Source: Octopus sinensis
Lineage: Eukaryota
Length of the DNA: 63,910 bases
Assembly (NCBI RefSeq): GCF_006345805.1
Contig: NC_043006.1
Location: 74,834,001-74,897,910, forward strand
Direction: 5' to 3'
Part shown: positions 1 through 13,325 of the stretch, piece by piece
Layout: the number at the start of each line of letters is the position of its first letter
Numbering within the stretch: the first letter of the stretch is position 1
Translations under genes and position numbers: made by a program
Notes under the pieces: model-generated
What the model saw: the letters and a program-made list of their open reading frames with translations, nothing else
Told to the model about the DNA's origin: nothing
Databases searched by the model: none

Positions 1-1896
1 AGATCCCAGTGTGTTTCCCCAGCATGGCCACAGTCCAATGTCTGAAAACAAGAAATGATCGACAGAGTGAAAGTGAAGATCGATATAATCTGCCGCCGTC
101 GCAGACAACGTATTCATCAAGGGACGTAACTCTAAAATTCCATGAATTATCATGGCTCTCCAACAAATAATAGTTTCGTACACATTCAAGATTATTCGAC
201 AACCGTACTTACAATAATTCCAAGTTATTCCTCCAACCGGATAAACGCGAGTGGCGTGTTTCGTTACTTGATTACATGATGTTTTGGTTTTATGATATGA
301 TCCAGAAATTAAAATCACTGACGTCGATTCAATAAAATGATTTTCTGTAGTACTAATAAATTTAACTCGGTAGTGAAATGAAACTGGGAGACTTTTATTT
401 ATTATTTGAAACTGCAAGTTTGTTGCAAAATTGTTTATGTAGGGAAAACTTGGTTTACTTTGTTATATGACGAATGCATGTGAGAACTGTACGCAACTGA
501 CTGAAAGAAATGTCATACAGGATATTTGTTGGCATACACACAAGTATGTACCCTCCACCGACTTAGTTTCCTTCCAGAGAAATGGATGTTTTTAAATGAA
601 ATTTTCTACTGACATGCTTCAGATGGTGTAGATTCTGAATATATCGAAATTTGCTCCGAAAATGTTTTTTTGTTTTTTTTTACTTTTCGAGGGTAGGAAG
701 AGGATTTCGGAAAAATTCACCCGAATTGGTATTGTTTCCTCATAACTTGCCGAAAAATGGATATCCTTTTTTATTGAAATTTTCTATAAATACTTTTCAG
801 ATGGTGTGTAATACGATTACATCAGAATTTAAATTAAAAAAAAAATGGTAGGCTCGTACACATAGATACGGACACAATTTTTTTTTTTTGAAATCTCAAG
901 TTTCATTTCGTGATGTGTATCAGTATTTATGTTATGTATGTATGCGAGTTCATCAGTTATTTTTTTCCAAATTAAACTTTGATATTATTGTAATATACAC
1001 CACCTGAAAGGTATTTATCGAAAATTTCATTAAAAAATATTCATTTTTTGTGGAAGTTATGAGGAAACAAATCGAGGTAACACACTTGTGTCACTATGTC
1101 CATTTATTCTATGTAAACACTCATATACGACGGATTTCGGAAAGCATGAGGGCCTTAAATGATGCAGTGTCATGGCAGTCAACAACTGACGCAGGCAGTT
1201 TATTCCATGCTTCAGCAACTCTGAGTGTGAAGAAATGTTTCCGAAAGTCATGGGAGCTGTGTATTATTGTATTAGGTTATCTGATAAATTCGTCTTTTTC
1301 TATTAATTTTAATCCTTTCCAATGTTTATTTGAAATAGCACGAACAATTTATTATCGTCGTATTTTATAGATTTTTTTTTGTAGCTATATACTTTCTACA
1401 ATTTTTGTTTATTGCTTTTGAAATTTAAATAAATATTTCTTCTTTTCGTTGAGATCTATGACGATGGTGTGCCATATCTTTATATATAAAACTGTAATTG
1501 TGTGAGTGTCTGTCCCCTTCGATTTAAATTCCTAACTACTCCCACATTTTGCGGTGCAGTTTAACCAAAACCGGGTATCTTATAGTCGTGATTCATATCA
1601 AGCCCTTCTGGTATTAGCGCGCGTCTACGATGAGTCTACGATTTTAAAAATAATTTACCATAATCTTTTTCCATTTTAACGCATATTTTTTTTAATATAA
1701 GGGAAGTAACTCTCGGTACTTGTCTATTGTCGTGGTCCCGGTTTCTCACAGCGAATTCGCGCGCGCGCGCGCACCAGACGTAGGTACTCGATACTCGAGA
1801 TCCTACGAGGTGACTTGCGCATGCGCAGTGCAGAATTCGCGCATGCGCGTAAACCCCCCCCCCCCCCCAAAAAAAAGGTGTTGGATTTCACTAAAA

Positions 1897-1935
<39 letters not shown>

Positions 1936-2220
1936 ACATTTTCAATTTTACACAAAAAAATTACATAGTCGCTTTCCTCGCGGATTTACAGATAAATGAA
2001 TTAATTACTATTTTACAGAATAAAATTAATGAATTAATTATATAAATTAAATAATTCTTGAAAATTAATTAATATTAATAATATTTTTTGAACAAAGTAA
2101 ATAATTTATAAAACTTGGTTAATAATTTTTTTTACACAAACGCGAACGTATATAATTTGTGAAACTTTTTTTTTTTTACAGACGTATATAATTTGGTAAA
2201 CTTAATGAATTAATTTCTTC

Positions 2221-2640
2221 TCATCATCATCATCGTTTAACGTCCGTTCTCCATGCCAGCATGGGTTGGACGGTTCGACCGGGGATCTGGGAAGCCAGAA
2301 GGCTGCACCAGACTCCAGTCTTATCTGGCAATGTTTCTACAGCTGGATGCCCTTCCTAACGCCAACCACTCCGAGAGTGTAGTGGGTGCTTTTTACATGC
2401 CACCCGCACAGGTGCCAGGAGAGGCTGGCAACGGCCACGGTCGGATTGGTGCCAGTCGAGGCGGCTCTGGCATCGGCCACGATTCGGATAGTGCTTTTTA
2501 CGTACCACCAGTCCAGGGGTCCTGGCATTTGCCGGGTGCCACACTTGCCCCAACATGTCTTCGCAAGCAAAGGGGGTTGGCGTGGGTGCCTGTCGTGGGA
2601 TGAGGTTCGATATCAACTTCGCTTGCCTCAACAGGTCTTT
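2221..2640 (-). mobile_element. Retroposon (RTE-like 3' end or SINE) with (GAT)n tail inside the left foldback arm
   Basis: GC-rich block within an AT-rich arm, with a (TCA)n tail at 2221-2233 and the motif GGATGCCCTTCCTAACGCCAACC. Family assignment is inference. Confidence 0.6.
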
Positions 2641-3687
2641 GTGTATAAATGTATAAATTTTTCGCACTAAATTCTTTCCGTAGAATTTATCAAAAAACGC
2701 GCAAAATTATTCCGTAGAATTTATCAAATTAAAAAACGCAAAATTAATATATTTTTTGAAATTGCAAATTATTTAGAATATAAAACAAATGAAGTTAAAT
2801 TTAAAAAATAAATGTCATATACTTATACTCTGTAAGGTGCTGTGTTCACACTTCATTTACTATTTTCTAGAAATGTTGCTTTTCTAATTGAAACAATTTT
2901 TCTCAATCTCCATTTAAAAGTCCATAATGCCTCTTGAGACATATCAAAATGAACAACTTTGAATTACGCGGCGGCGGTGGTGGTGGTGTGTGAGGTTCTA
3001 ATTTTTTTCTGATCTCTCTTTGCCCCCCTAGATGGAGGTGTGGTGGGGAGACAGATGAAAGATGTTTCATTCTCTTATATATATATATATATATTATATA
3101 TATATATTTCTTAAACCTACACGATATAGTCTATAAATTGGGATGTTTTTGAAAGATAATATATTTTGTCATCAGAATATATATACTTTCTCACACTACA
3201 ATTAAGATATATTTATTTTAAATCGTTCATCTTTTCCCGCGACAACAAAAATTGGGCGCGAAAATTTTTCTAAATATTAGCGGAATGAACAACTGAGATA
3301 AAAGGGGGGCAAAGAGAGATCAGAAAAAAAATTAGAACCTCACACCACCACCGCCGCCGCGTAATTCAAAGTTGTTCATTTTGATATGGCTCAAGAGGCA
3401 TTATGGACTTTTAAATGGAGATTGAGAAAAATTGTTTCAATTAGAAAAGCAACATTTCTAGAAAATAGTAAATTGAAGTGTGAACACAGCACCTTACAGA
3501 GTATAAGTATATGACATTTATTTTTAAAATTTAACTTCATTTGTTTTATATTCTAAATAATTTGCAATTTCAAAAAATATATTAATTTTGCGTTTTTAAT
3601 TTGATAAATTCTACGGAATAATTTTGCGCGTTTTTTGATAAATTCTACGGAAAGAATTTAGTGCGAAAAATTTATACATTTATACAC

Positions 3688-4107
3688 AAAGACCTGTTGA
3701 GGCAAGCGAAGTTGATATCGAACCTCATCCCACGACAGGCACCCACGCCAACCCCCTTTGCTTGCGAAGACATGTTGGGGCAAGTGTGGCACCCGGCAAA
3801 TGCCAGGACCCCTGGACTGGTGGTACGTAAAAAGCACTATCCGAATCGTGGCCGATGCCAGAGCCGCCTCGACTGGCACCAATCCGACCGTGGCCGTTGC
3901 CAGCCTCTCCTGGCACCTGTGCGGGTGGCATGTAAAAAGCACCCACTACACTCTCGGAGTGGTTGGCGTTAGGAAGGGCATCCAGCTGTAGAAACATTGC
4001 CAGATAAGACTGGAGTCTGGTGCAGCCTTCTGGCTTCCCAGATCCCCGGTCGAACCGTCCAACCCATGCTGGCATGGAGAACGGACGTTAAACGATGATG
4101 ATGATGA
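3688..4107 (+). mobile_element. Mirror copy of the same retroposon in the right foldback arm
   Basis: Reverse complement of 2221-2640; the four ORF-track translations are identical between the arms. Confidence 0.6.
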
Positions 4108-5436
4108 GAAGAAATTAATTCATTAAGTTTACCAAATTATATACGTCTGTAAAAAAAAAAAAAGTTTCACAAATTATATACGTTCGCGTTTGTGTAAAAA
4201 AAATTATTAACCAAGTTTTATAAATTATTTACTTTGTTCAAAAAATATTATTAATATTAATTAATTTTCAAGAATTATTTAATTTATATAATTAATTCAT
4301 TAATTTTATTCTGTAAAATAGTAATTAATTCATTTATCTGTAAATCCGCGAGGAAAGCGACTATGTAATTTTTTGTGTGTAAAATTGAAAATGTTATATA
4401 TACACACACACACACACACATATTTTTAGTGAAATCCAACACCTTTTTTGGGGGGGGGGGGTTTAACGCGCATGCGCGAATTCTGCACTGCGCATGCGCA
4501 AGTCACCTCGTAGGATCTCGAGTATCGAGTACCTACGTCTGGTGCGCGCGCGCGCGCGAATTCGCGTGTGAGAAACCGGGACCACGACAATAGACAAGTA
4601 CCGTAACTCTCTAAACATGTCTACGATGAGTCAACGATTTAAAAAAAATTACTATAATTTTTTTTTCCATTTTTAATGCATTTTTTTGCTATTTTTGGCT
4701 ATAACTCTCTAAAAATGCTTATATAGTTATTTCCCTTACAAACCCGAGCAACGCCGGGCGATACTGCTAGTATATATATAAATTAGAGAAAAACTACTAT
4801 TATGTAATTCAAACAATGATAGACATAAACCAAGTCATAAAGAAAAAATAAAATATATTATAAAACATTTAACTAGATCACAAAAAGTACCAAAACAATA
4901 AATAAACAATATATAAGTAAAAGGACGAGCAAATTGATCTGACAGCACAATAATATGCTGAACATAGAAGGTACGATTAACTTGCATGCATCGTTGGAAC
5001 TAATTAATAATTCAGCTGAAGATTACAATAAATCAACACATTTGGTGAATCACCACACATTGCCTCGTAGAGTTTATGTGTTGATGGACAGCAGTTAACC
5101 GCCTTCGACGGTATTATCCTGTCTAATTGCTTATTTTTTAATCATATCTTCTATCTTTTACTCGTTTCACTCATTGGTCTGCGGCCATATTGGGGCACCA
5201 GTCTGGATGCTTTTTTTTTTTCGGATAAATCATCTCCATTATTTATTTTAGTACTTATTGTATTGGTTTCTTATGTCGAACCTCTCTGCTACGGGGACGG
5301 AAATAAACCAACACCAGTTAGTTGTGAAACAGTGGTGCTGGTGGTAAGGACAAACACAAAGACACAGGTGTATGTACGCTATGATAGATCGTTAGCCACT
5401 ACATACTTTTTTTTCTCTCCTTGTTTTTTCGATGTC

Positions 5437-5474
5437 TCTTTCTGTAGAAGAGCGTAGGCTCGAAACGTAAAAGA
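5437..5474 (+). ncRNA. Minimal hammerhead-like motif with a variant core (CUGUAGA)
   Basis: TCTTT-CTGTAGA-A-GAGC-gtag-GCTC-GAAA-CG-TA|AAAGA: perfect stems I and II, but A6 of the core is replaced by U. Confidence 0.55.
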
Positions 5475-5974
5475 CTTTTTCTATTCCTGAGCGTTATACT
5501 AATACATCTGTTTGTTTTGTACACCACCTGTCTTCGTCTTTTGTTGTTTTTTTTGTAAACTCTCCCTATATATATATATATATATATTATCTTTTGTTTA
5601 ATCATATTAGATTGTGGCCATGCTGGAGCACTGCCTTGAAGAATTTTACTTAAACGAATCTACCCCAGTGCGTCTTTTCTAAGCCCGGCACTTACGCTAT
5701 CTCTCCGTTTTGTCGACCTAATAATTTACGGCGATGTAAAAACACCAACACCGGTTTCGAGCGTTGGTGGGGAAGAAATACACACACTCCCACACGCACG
5801 CACACACACATGCCCGACGGGCTTCTTGCAGTTTCCGTCTACCAAATCCAGTCATAATATCCGCCCGAGGCTACAGTGGAAGACACTTGCCCAAGGTGCC
5901 ACGCAGTGGGACTGAACTCTGTACCATATGGTTGTGGAGCAAGCTTCTTACCACACAGCTATACTCAGACTATA

Positions 5975-6209
5975 CAGGGTAGCTCAAAAGTATGTTTACA
6001 TTTATCACGTTGGCACTTTAAATTTCTTTTAAGACATTTTATTACATTTAAATTTCTATCTTACAAACTCAAAAGGGAGCTTGACAAAATTAGCCAAATT
6101 GGCGCAGAACAAAGGTTTCATTTATTTTTATAATTAAGGTCTAAGCTGTTAATATATGAATGCGACAGAGATAGTTCAATAACTGTAAACCTACTTTTGG
6201 GCCACCCTG
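5975..6209. mobile_element. Tc1-like MITE
   Basis: TA|CAGGGTAGCTCAAAAGTATGTTTACA ... TGTAAACCTACTTTTGGGCCACCCTG|TA. Confidence 0.8.
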
Positions 6210-6431
6210 TATATAAAAAATTAAAAAAATCAAAGCGTTTTTGAAAAATCAAATTTTACAGTTAAGTTTTTTTGTTTCAAGTTTTTACCATTTTACTTCA
6301 TGTCAAAGAAAAGAATTCTTTCACTCGTTTCATTGCCCAGTTTCAGACAAATCACGATCTCTGTTGAATTCAGTAGTCTCACTCTGGTGATCATAAAACG
6401 AAACATCGCCATTGATTGATTGATTGATTAT

Positions 6432-6476
<45 letters not shown>

Positions 6477-6672
6477 TGTGGAAATCGAATTTTTTGATAG
6501 AAATTAGTCTTGTGGCTGTGGCTGTGTGGTAAGAAGCTTGTTCCTAATCACATGCTCCCGGATTCAGTCTCACTTCGTAGTACCTTGGGCAAGTGTCTTT
6601 TACTATAGCCTCAGGCCGACCAAAGCCTTGTGAGTGGATTTGGAAGACGGAAACTAAGAGAAGCCTTTCATA

Positions 6673-6718
<46 letters not shown>

Positions 6719-8721
6719 CGTGATCACCTTAACCGACCAGGCTATCAGATGTTGCTACACATCGCTGGTCATAATGCGCTTCGCATTGTTTTAGCCTTCA
6801 AGTGACGCCAACCCCGCTGGCAGAGCGAGCAGGCCAACAGAAGAAAGAGTGAGAGAAAGTTGTGGCGAAAGAGTACAATAGGGGTCGCCACCCCACCCCC
6901 TGCCGAAGCCTCGTAGAGCTTTAGGTGTTTTTGCTCAATAAACACTCACAACGCCCGGTCTGGGAATCGAAATCGCGATCCTACGACCGCGAGTCCGCTG
7001 CCCTAACCACTGGGCCATTGCGCCTCCACACACACACAAACACATACACACACGTGTGTGTGTTTGTCACACATACACCCAACGCGTGATAACCGATGCT
7101 GGTGCGTCTGCGTCTCCTGTAACTTAGCAGTTCGGCATAAGAGATTGATAAAATAAGTACCAGGCTTAGCAAAATAATTAAGTGCTGGATTAGACTCATC
7201 CGACAAAACAACTCTGAACGGTATTGCTCCATCATGACCGCAGTCAAATCACTGAAACAAATAACAAATAAAAGAAATATATGTATGTGTGTATTATTGA
7301 AGAAAAAAAAGAACATCGGAGTTACGTCCCTTATAAGCTAGACCTACAGAACCTCGTTCCACAAACATCATAGATTTTCATCAAGAATATGTTCACCGTT
7401 TAGAGGCAATTTTTAGATAGAGTTACTTCCCTTATAACATAGAAAGAACTACTTGTAATTATTGATCGAATTTGACACAAGGACACTGGCGCAGTGTCTA
7501 TGGATATTATGTAATATTTTCTGTGCATATGTGTGCATAGGGAGGGGCTTAAGGACCGAGTGACACAAACTCTAGTTGCGTCATTGCATACATTGCTTAT
7601 CGACTCGCTATGGAATACTCGGTTTGCTAGAAATAGCAGTCGGTTTTTCTCAATTACAAGAAAAAAGAGACACATTAGACAAATGATAAATTACTTGCTC
7701 CCGCCAAATAGTTGTGACTTTTAAAACATTTATTTCTCTTTTCTTCTTTTTATCTATGAGAAGACTAAAATAATTTGCTTCCATATAATTCTTATTCTTT
7801 TCAACTCTAGGCACAAGGGCCGAAATTTTGGGGGAGGGAGCCAGTCGATTACATCGACCGCAGTACGCAACTGGTACTTAATTTATCGATCCCGAAAGGA
7901 TGAAAGGCAAAGTCGACCTCGGCGGAATTTGAACATAGAACGTAAAGCATTTCTCCCGGCGTGCTAACGTTTCTTATTTCTTTACTGCCCACAAGGGGCT
8001 ACACTCAGAGGGGACAAACAAGGACAGACAAACGGATTAAGTCGATTATATCGACCCCAGTGCGTAACTGGTACTTATTTAATCGATCCCGAAAGGATGA
8101 AAGGCAAAGTCAACCTCGGCGGAATTTGAACTCAGAACGTAGCGGCAGACGAAATACCGCTAAGCATTTCGCCCGACGCGCTAACGTTTCTGCCAGCTCG
8201 CCACCTTCCCTATAATCCTTATTTGTCACAGTGTTGAACAGGTTTAAAAAGGAATATCACAGCAGGTCCCTGAAGCTGTAACTCTGCCCCTGCGTAACCC
8301 CATCATTTCCACTGGATAACAGCATCTCATGACGCTCTACTTTCAAACGAATCTTTGTCTGTTGTTTTTGAACGGTCATATAGAGTCCCGGTTACGTAGA
8401 AGGACAGCATTTTGAACCCGCGAACAACACCCTGGGAAGCAGTTCTATTACCTGTCTCATAATTCTGATTCTTTTTCTAAGTCAGTTATTTTACAATGCT
8501 CGAGTTAACACAATTTGGAAAAACTCATTTTTATTTCGTTTAGTTTCAGCTCACGAGCTGTGGCCATGCTGGGGCACCGCCATTAAAAATCATTTGAGGA
8601 TTTCGAGTACGCCAGGAACCGAACCTGATGTCTCCTGATCTGTTGCCAGGTGCGTTATTCATTGCGCCACGAGTTCAGCCACATTGGTGATTTTTTTTTT
8701 TTTTACAGATTTTCTGCTTAC

Positions 8722-8934
8722 AAGGAGTAACGCCATTTGTGATTGTGGCTTCTGCTTTTCGGAATTTCGTTGATCTCGTTCCATCTCCCATCTGTATATT
8801 CTCAACAGATTCGCCTCTTCTCCTCTCAAAGCCGACGCGGCGTTCAAAGTCCTGCACTGATCATTGCACCTAGTCCTTCCTCCACAGAACATCGGCCCTC
8901 TGGAATCTTCTCGCTGCTCATGTCTTTCTTGCAT
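8722..8934 (-). other. Candidate exon of an unidentified minus-strand transcript
   Basis: Unique-looking sequence with a donor CTT|GTAAGC near 8722, a stop-free frame from ATG 8934, and a CpG/E-box-rich region upstream (8950-9010). No homology recognised. Confidence 0.25.
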
Positions 8935-10494
8935 TCGCCTTGTGTGTGTGTGTGTGCGCGCGCACGCGTCCCAATGTGTGTGTGGTAGAACACGTGAACG
9001 TAATCTACGTGTGATTTTTTCCTAGCCCTCTTCTCTCTTCTTTTATCTCTTGTCTCTCCGCTTTGAAGTTACTTTCTTCTCTCACCCCACCATCCACGGA
9101 GGCCCTTTAATGGTTCATGAGCTCTAATAAAACCGAAATATGTCCATTATTTTCACAGTAGCTTTTAACAGCAACAGTATTAATTCTCATCTATATGATC
9201 TTCGTTTTTCTAAAAAAACCCTATTGGTTTATATAATTGGAATTATCTCCATGATTGTTACCTTCAAATTTTAAGCACCCTTAGAAGTCTTTGTCAGCAA
9301 ATCACAATGATAATTTTAGCTAGTCTAAATTTTTATCAACCCATTATATTCATATGTGAATATTTTATGTGCAGAACAATCCCCGAGGTATTTTCCCTCA
9401 CTTCTATCGATACCAGCTTTTGTTCGTTGGGATGGTCACACCGATGCATAGAACAGGGATTTTTAACTTTATGTGGCTCAGCAGCCCTTTCCCAAAAAAG
9501 AAAACCGATAAAATTTTACGAAGGTCCACCCCCAATGAATAGTTCCCCATCTCAAAAACAAAACCCTTTATTTAACGAAGTGGAAGCCAATTTTACGCAT
9601 TAGTTTCCCATGGGTCTTATTTTTACCCATATTCTAATTCCGACCCCAAATTTTTGTTCATGTGTTTAACATACAAATATTACCCGGTTTAAATATCTTA
9701 TTTCTAAACATATAACTCCTTTTGAGACCCTACCACCCTCAACCAAAGAGGACCCCTGTACCCTTGATATTTGCCGCCCCTTTCTTAGCTCACAACGTCT
9801 TCAAGGGATCAAGGTTAGGCTCCAGCTGTTTTTAAACTCCTAAGTTATAAACCACTAAGCTAGAGAAATATTGCAGATAGATAGAGAGAAAGTAACGTGT
9901 TTTATTTTTATTCTGAGCTTCTAAAGACTCGGTCAATAATATTAAACCGCAATGGACGAAGCGATCTGTCAGAAGGTAACACTGGCTTACTTCACCAACC
10001 AATCAATACTGTTTTATAACTCGCCTATATACGCAAGTAGTGGAGTAGGAGAAAGCGTAAAACAGGAAAAATATAGCATTGCGGTATTTAGCTGTTCACT
10101 TACTTTGTGAGTGCAAATACTGCACAGAACTGGCTTTACCTTTAATATCTTCAAGGAGGCAAAAATTAATACCAGTAATACACTGGTACTCGGTTTTATT
10201 GATCATATACTTTCGTTTCAAGTTTGTGACCTTTGCCAAATGAAACAGACAATCAATTGTATAAATTAATCCGTTTAAAAAAAATGTGGAACATCTTCCA
10301 TCTTTCTTCTTCCATTTGCTTCAGTCATTAAACTGTGGCCATGCTAGAACACTACTTTGAGGGGTTTTTTGTTGAACGAATCGAATCCGCTACTTAAACG
10401 ATTTTTTAAAAAAGTCTAGTACTTATTCTAATAGTCTGCCCAACCGCTAAGTGGTGGAAACGTAAACAAACCAACACCCGCTGTTAAGCAATAG

Positions 10495-10805
10495 GAGCAC
10501 TCCGTCGGTTACGACAACGAGGGTCCCAGATGATACGATCAACGGAACAGCTTGCTCGTGAAATTAACGTGCAAGTGACTGAGCAATCCGCAGACACGTG
10601 TACCCCTAACGTAGTTCTCAGGGAGATTCAGCGTGACACAGAGTGTGACAAGGCCGGCCCTATTTTGAAATACAGGTACAACTCATTTTTGCCAGCTGAG
10701 TGGAGTGGACTGGAGCAACGTGAAATAAAGTGTCTTGCTCAAGGACACAACTCACGACCTTACAATCGTAAACCGAATGCCCTAACCACTAAGCCACGCG
10801 CCTTC
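10495..10805 (-). mobile_element. Older SINE sharing the family A 3' body; similar copies at ~42100-42422(-), 56143-56445(+), 59630-59880(-)
   Basis: Shared CTCCGTCGGTTACGAC..AATTAACGTG..CTTAACGTAGTTCTC body and GCAAGACACTT core. Confidence 0.75.
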
Positions 10806-11669
10806 ACTGCTAAGCAATAGTTGGGAACAAACACACACATATACGCGCGCATGCGCATATGCGTATGTATGTATATGTGTGTGTGTGTATGTGTGTGTGT
10901 GTGTGTGTGTATGTGTATGCTACTAATATTTAGCAGAAGCAGCAGAGTGACTCGGTCCCCTCCCCCAATTTTAGGCCTTGTGCTTATAGGAGACAGGATC
11001 ATTATAATTATATATCATACACATGTATATCATATATAATTTAGAATATTTTATTATATATATTTTATAAATATAAGCATATATGCATATGTATTTATAT
11101 ACGTTTATATATGTTTTATGGATATAAGCATAAATGTATATGCATTATACATACATACATACATACATACATACATACATACATACATACGTATGTATGT
11201 ATGTATGTATGTATGTATGTATGTATGTATGTATGTATGTATGCATGTATGTATGTATGTAGATATATATATATATATATATATATATAAATTTATGTAT
11301 ATTATATTGCGTTAACATTTATCCAACGCACGGAACTCTCGGTCCATGAGTCACTGTCTTGCTTATGCTAAATGTTACTAAACAATATATATATAGTCAT
11401 GTTTTGAGTTTATTTTTTCCTGCTTGCATCGCCAAACCCACGCATATTTACATACATACATGCATGCATGCATACGTCCGTACGATTGGCTTCCACGCAA
11501 TTTCTGCCTACCAAATTCACTCGCAAGGCATTGGCCAGCCTGGCACTATTGTTTAAAAAAAAACCCAACACTTACCCAAGATGCTGCATAATGAGACTGA
11601 ACCCACATCCACATGGTTGCAAAGCGAGCGCCTTAATTACATAGCCAAGGCTACGACACAAGATAAATA

Positions 11670-11987
11670 CTCTTTTACTCTTTTACTTGTCTCAGTCATT
11701 TGACTGTGGCCGTGCTGGAGCAGCGCCTTTAGTCGAACAAATCAACACCAGGACTTATTCTTTGTAAGCCTAGTACTTATTCTATCGGGTACTTTTGCCG
11801 AACCGCTAAGTTACAGGGACGTAAAAACACCAGCATCGGTTGTCAAGCAACGTTGGGGGTAGGGGACAAACACAGACACACAAACGTATATACACACACA
11901 CACACAAACATACATGCATACATACATACATACATACATACGTACATACATACACACATACATACACACATACATACACACATGCAT

Positions 11988-12071
<84 letters not shown>

Positions 12072-12280
12072 TATATATATATATATATTATATATATATA
12101 TATATATACATATATACGACGGGCTTCTTTCAGTTTCCATCTACCAAATCGCCTCACAAGGCTTTGGTCGGCCCGAGGCTATAGTAGAAGACACTTGCCC
12201 AAGGTGCCACGCAGTGGGACTGAACCCGGAATCATGTGGTTGGTAAGCAAGCTACTTACCACACAGCCACTCCTACACCT
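11670..12280 (-). mobile_element. Family C (CORE-like) SINE with an internal microsatellite; others at ~5600-5960(-), 6510-7270(+), 15505-16660(+), 32595-33030(+), 43660-44990(+), 53750-54165(-), 54180-54620(-), 63530-63820(+)
   Basis: Head GGCTGTGTGGTAAG..GGTTCAGTCCCACTGCGTGGCACCTTGGGCAAGTGTCTTC, then (TA)/(CA)/(TACA)n, then GTGTTTGTCCCC..CCAGCATGGCC.CAGTC tail. Confidence 0.85.
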
Positions 12281-13264
12281 ATGTAATTACTTTCCTAGAT
12301 AATTATCTGCTGACTTATGGAATTTCCCCGTCTTATAAGGTTTTTCTTAATTATATTTTGATGCACGACTTTACAGATCGACATAACATTGTTTCATTAT
12401 TTAAAAAATAACGATTGTCTCTTCGATTTCGTTCCATAGTTAAGGTTTCTTAAAGCGTAAAACACGAAATTGCTTCATTTCAATTGAGATTTTGTTTTCG
12501 ATTTCGTTTCATATACATAACACTCTCATGAAGATCGACAAAAACACGCAGAATAATATTCGCTACAGTAATCAATCAAAATTACCATATTTTATAATTG
12601 ATCTTATTTCTAGTTTGATGTAAACATTTACGAATGTATTTTCATCATTTAGTTTCATTTGGTTAAATATTTCGATTATGCCTTTAGTTTTGTAACCTAG
12701 TTAAGGTTGTTTGGAGCATAACACTTGAACACGAGTGTTGTACAGAAAAAAGGGAAAAAAAACAGAAAACGATTGGGTGCGGCTGTTTAGGCGCTGACGA
12801 CTTGGGATGGCTGGCTGCACATTGTGTCTGGTTTGGCGATAGTAATTTTTGGCACTGGAGGCAAACACACACCAACGCACACGCATGAGCATGCAGAAAT
12901 ATACACATACAGATAGAATGAAGTGAGAGAGGGGGAAACGAGGAAGAGAGAGAGGGGGAAGCGAGGAAGAGAGAGAGAGAGAAAGAGTTACAATTTGTTA
13001 ATTGAAGTCGATTGAGATAAACGCTATCTTTTCATACACATGAAGAGAAGTATGTTCACACACGTAACACAGGGAGATATATATATATATAGAGAGAGAG
13101 AAAGCGTGAGGGAGGGAGAGAGAGTGTGTGTATGTGTTTGAAAGAGAGAGAGAGAGAGAGAGAGGAAGAGTATGTGAGCGTGTCAAAGAGAGAGAGAGTG
13201 AGAGAGGGAGGTAGAGTGTGCATGCTTGTGTGAGAGAAGTGTATACCTCTGTGTGTGTGTGAGT

Positions 13265-13325
<61 letters not shown>

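Larger units (their letters stand above)
1715..4602. mobile_element. 2888-bp foldback DNA transposon (MULE- or Merlin-like, non-autonomous)
   Basis: Termini GGTACTTGTCTATTGTCGTGGTCCCGG / CCGGGACCACGACAATAGACAAGTACC. 9-bp TSD GTAACTCTC at 1706-1714 and 4603-4611. Inverted arms ~1715-3029 and ~3303-4602 with a ~270-bp spacer. No transposase seen. Confidence 0.9.
1477..4770 (+). mobile_element. Non-autonomous Helitron, interrupted by a foldback element
   Basis: Starts A|TC (1476/1477) and ends CTAG|T (4770/4771), with a subterminal hairpin CCCG-agcaacgc-CGGG. Halves 1477-1714 and 4603-4770 minus one 9-bp TSD give 397 bp, the same length as the intact copy at 19694-20090. Confidence 0.88.

Noticed and set aside
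2253-4075. Two identical sets of four ORFs, suggesting a duplicated gene
   Set aside because: They are overlapping frames of a GC-rich retroposon mirrored by the palindrome; no protein motif recognised.
11806-12302. Many ORFs rich in YI, HT, CV, MYVC, poly-I, poly-M or poly-E here and across the window
   Set aside because: These are stop-free read-throughs of di-, tri- and tetranucleotide repeats.
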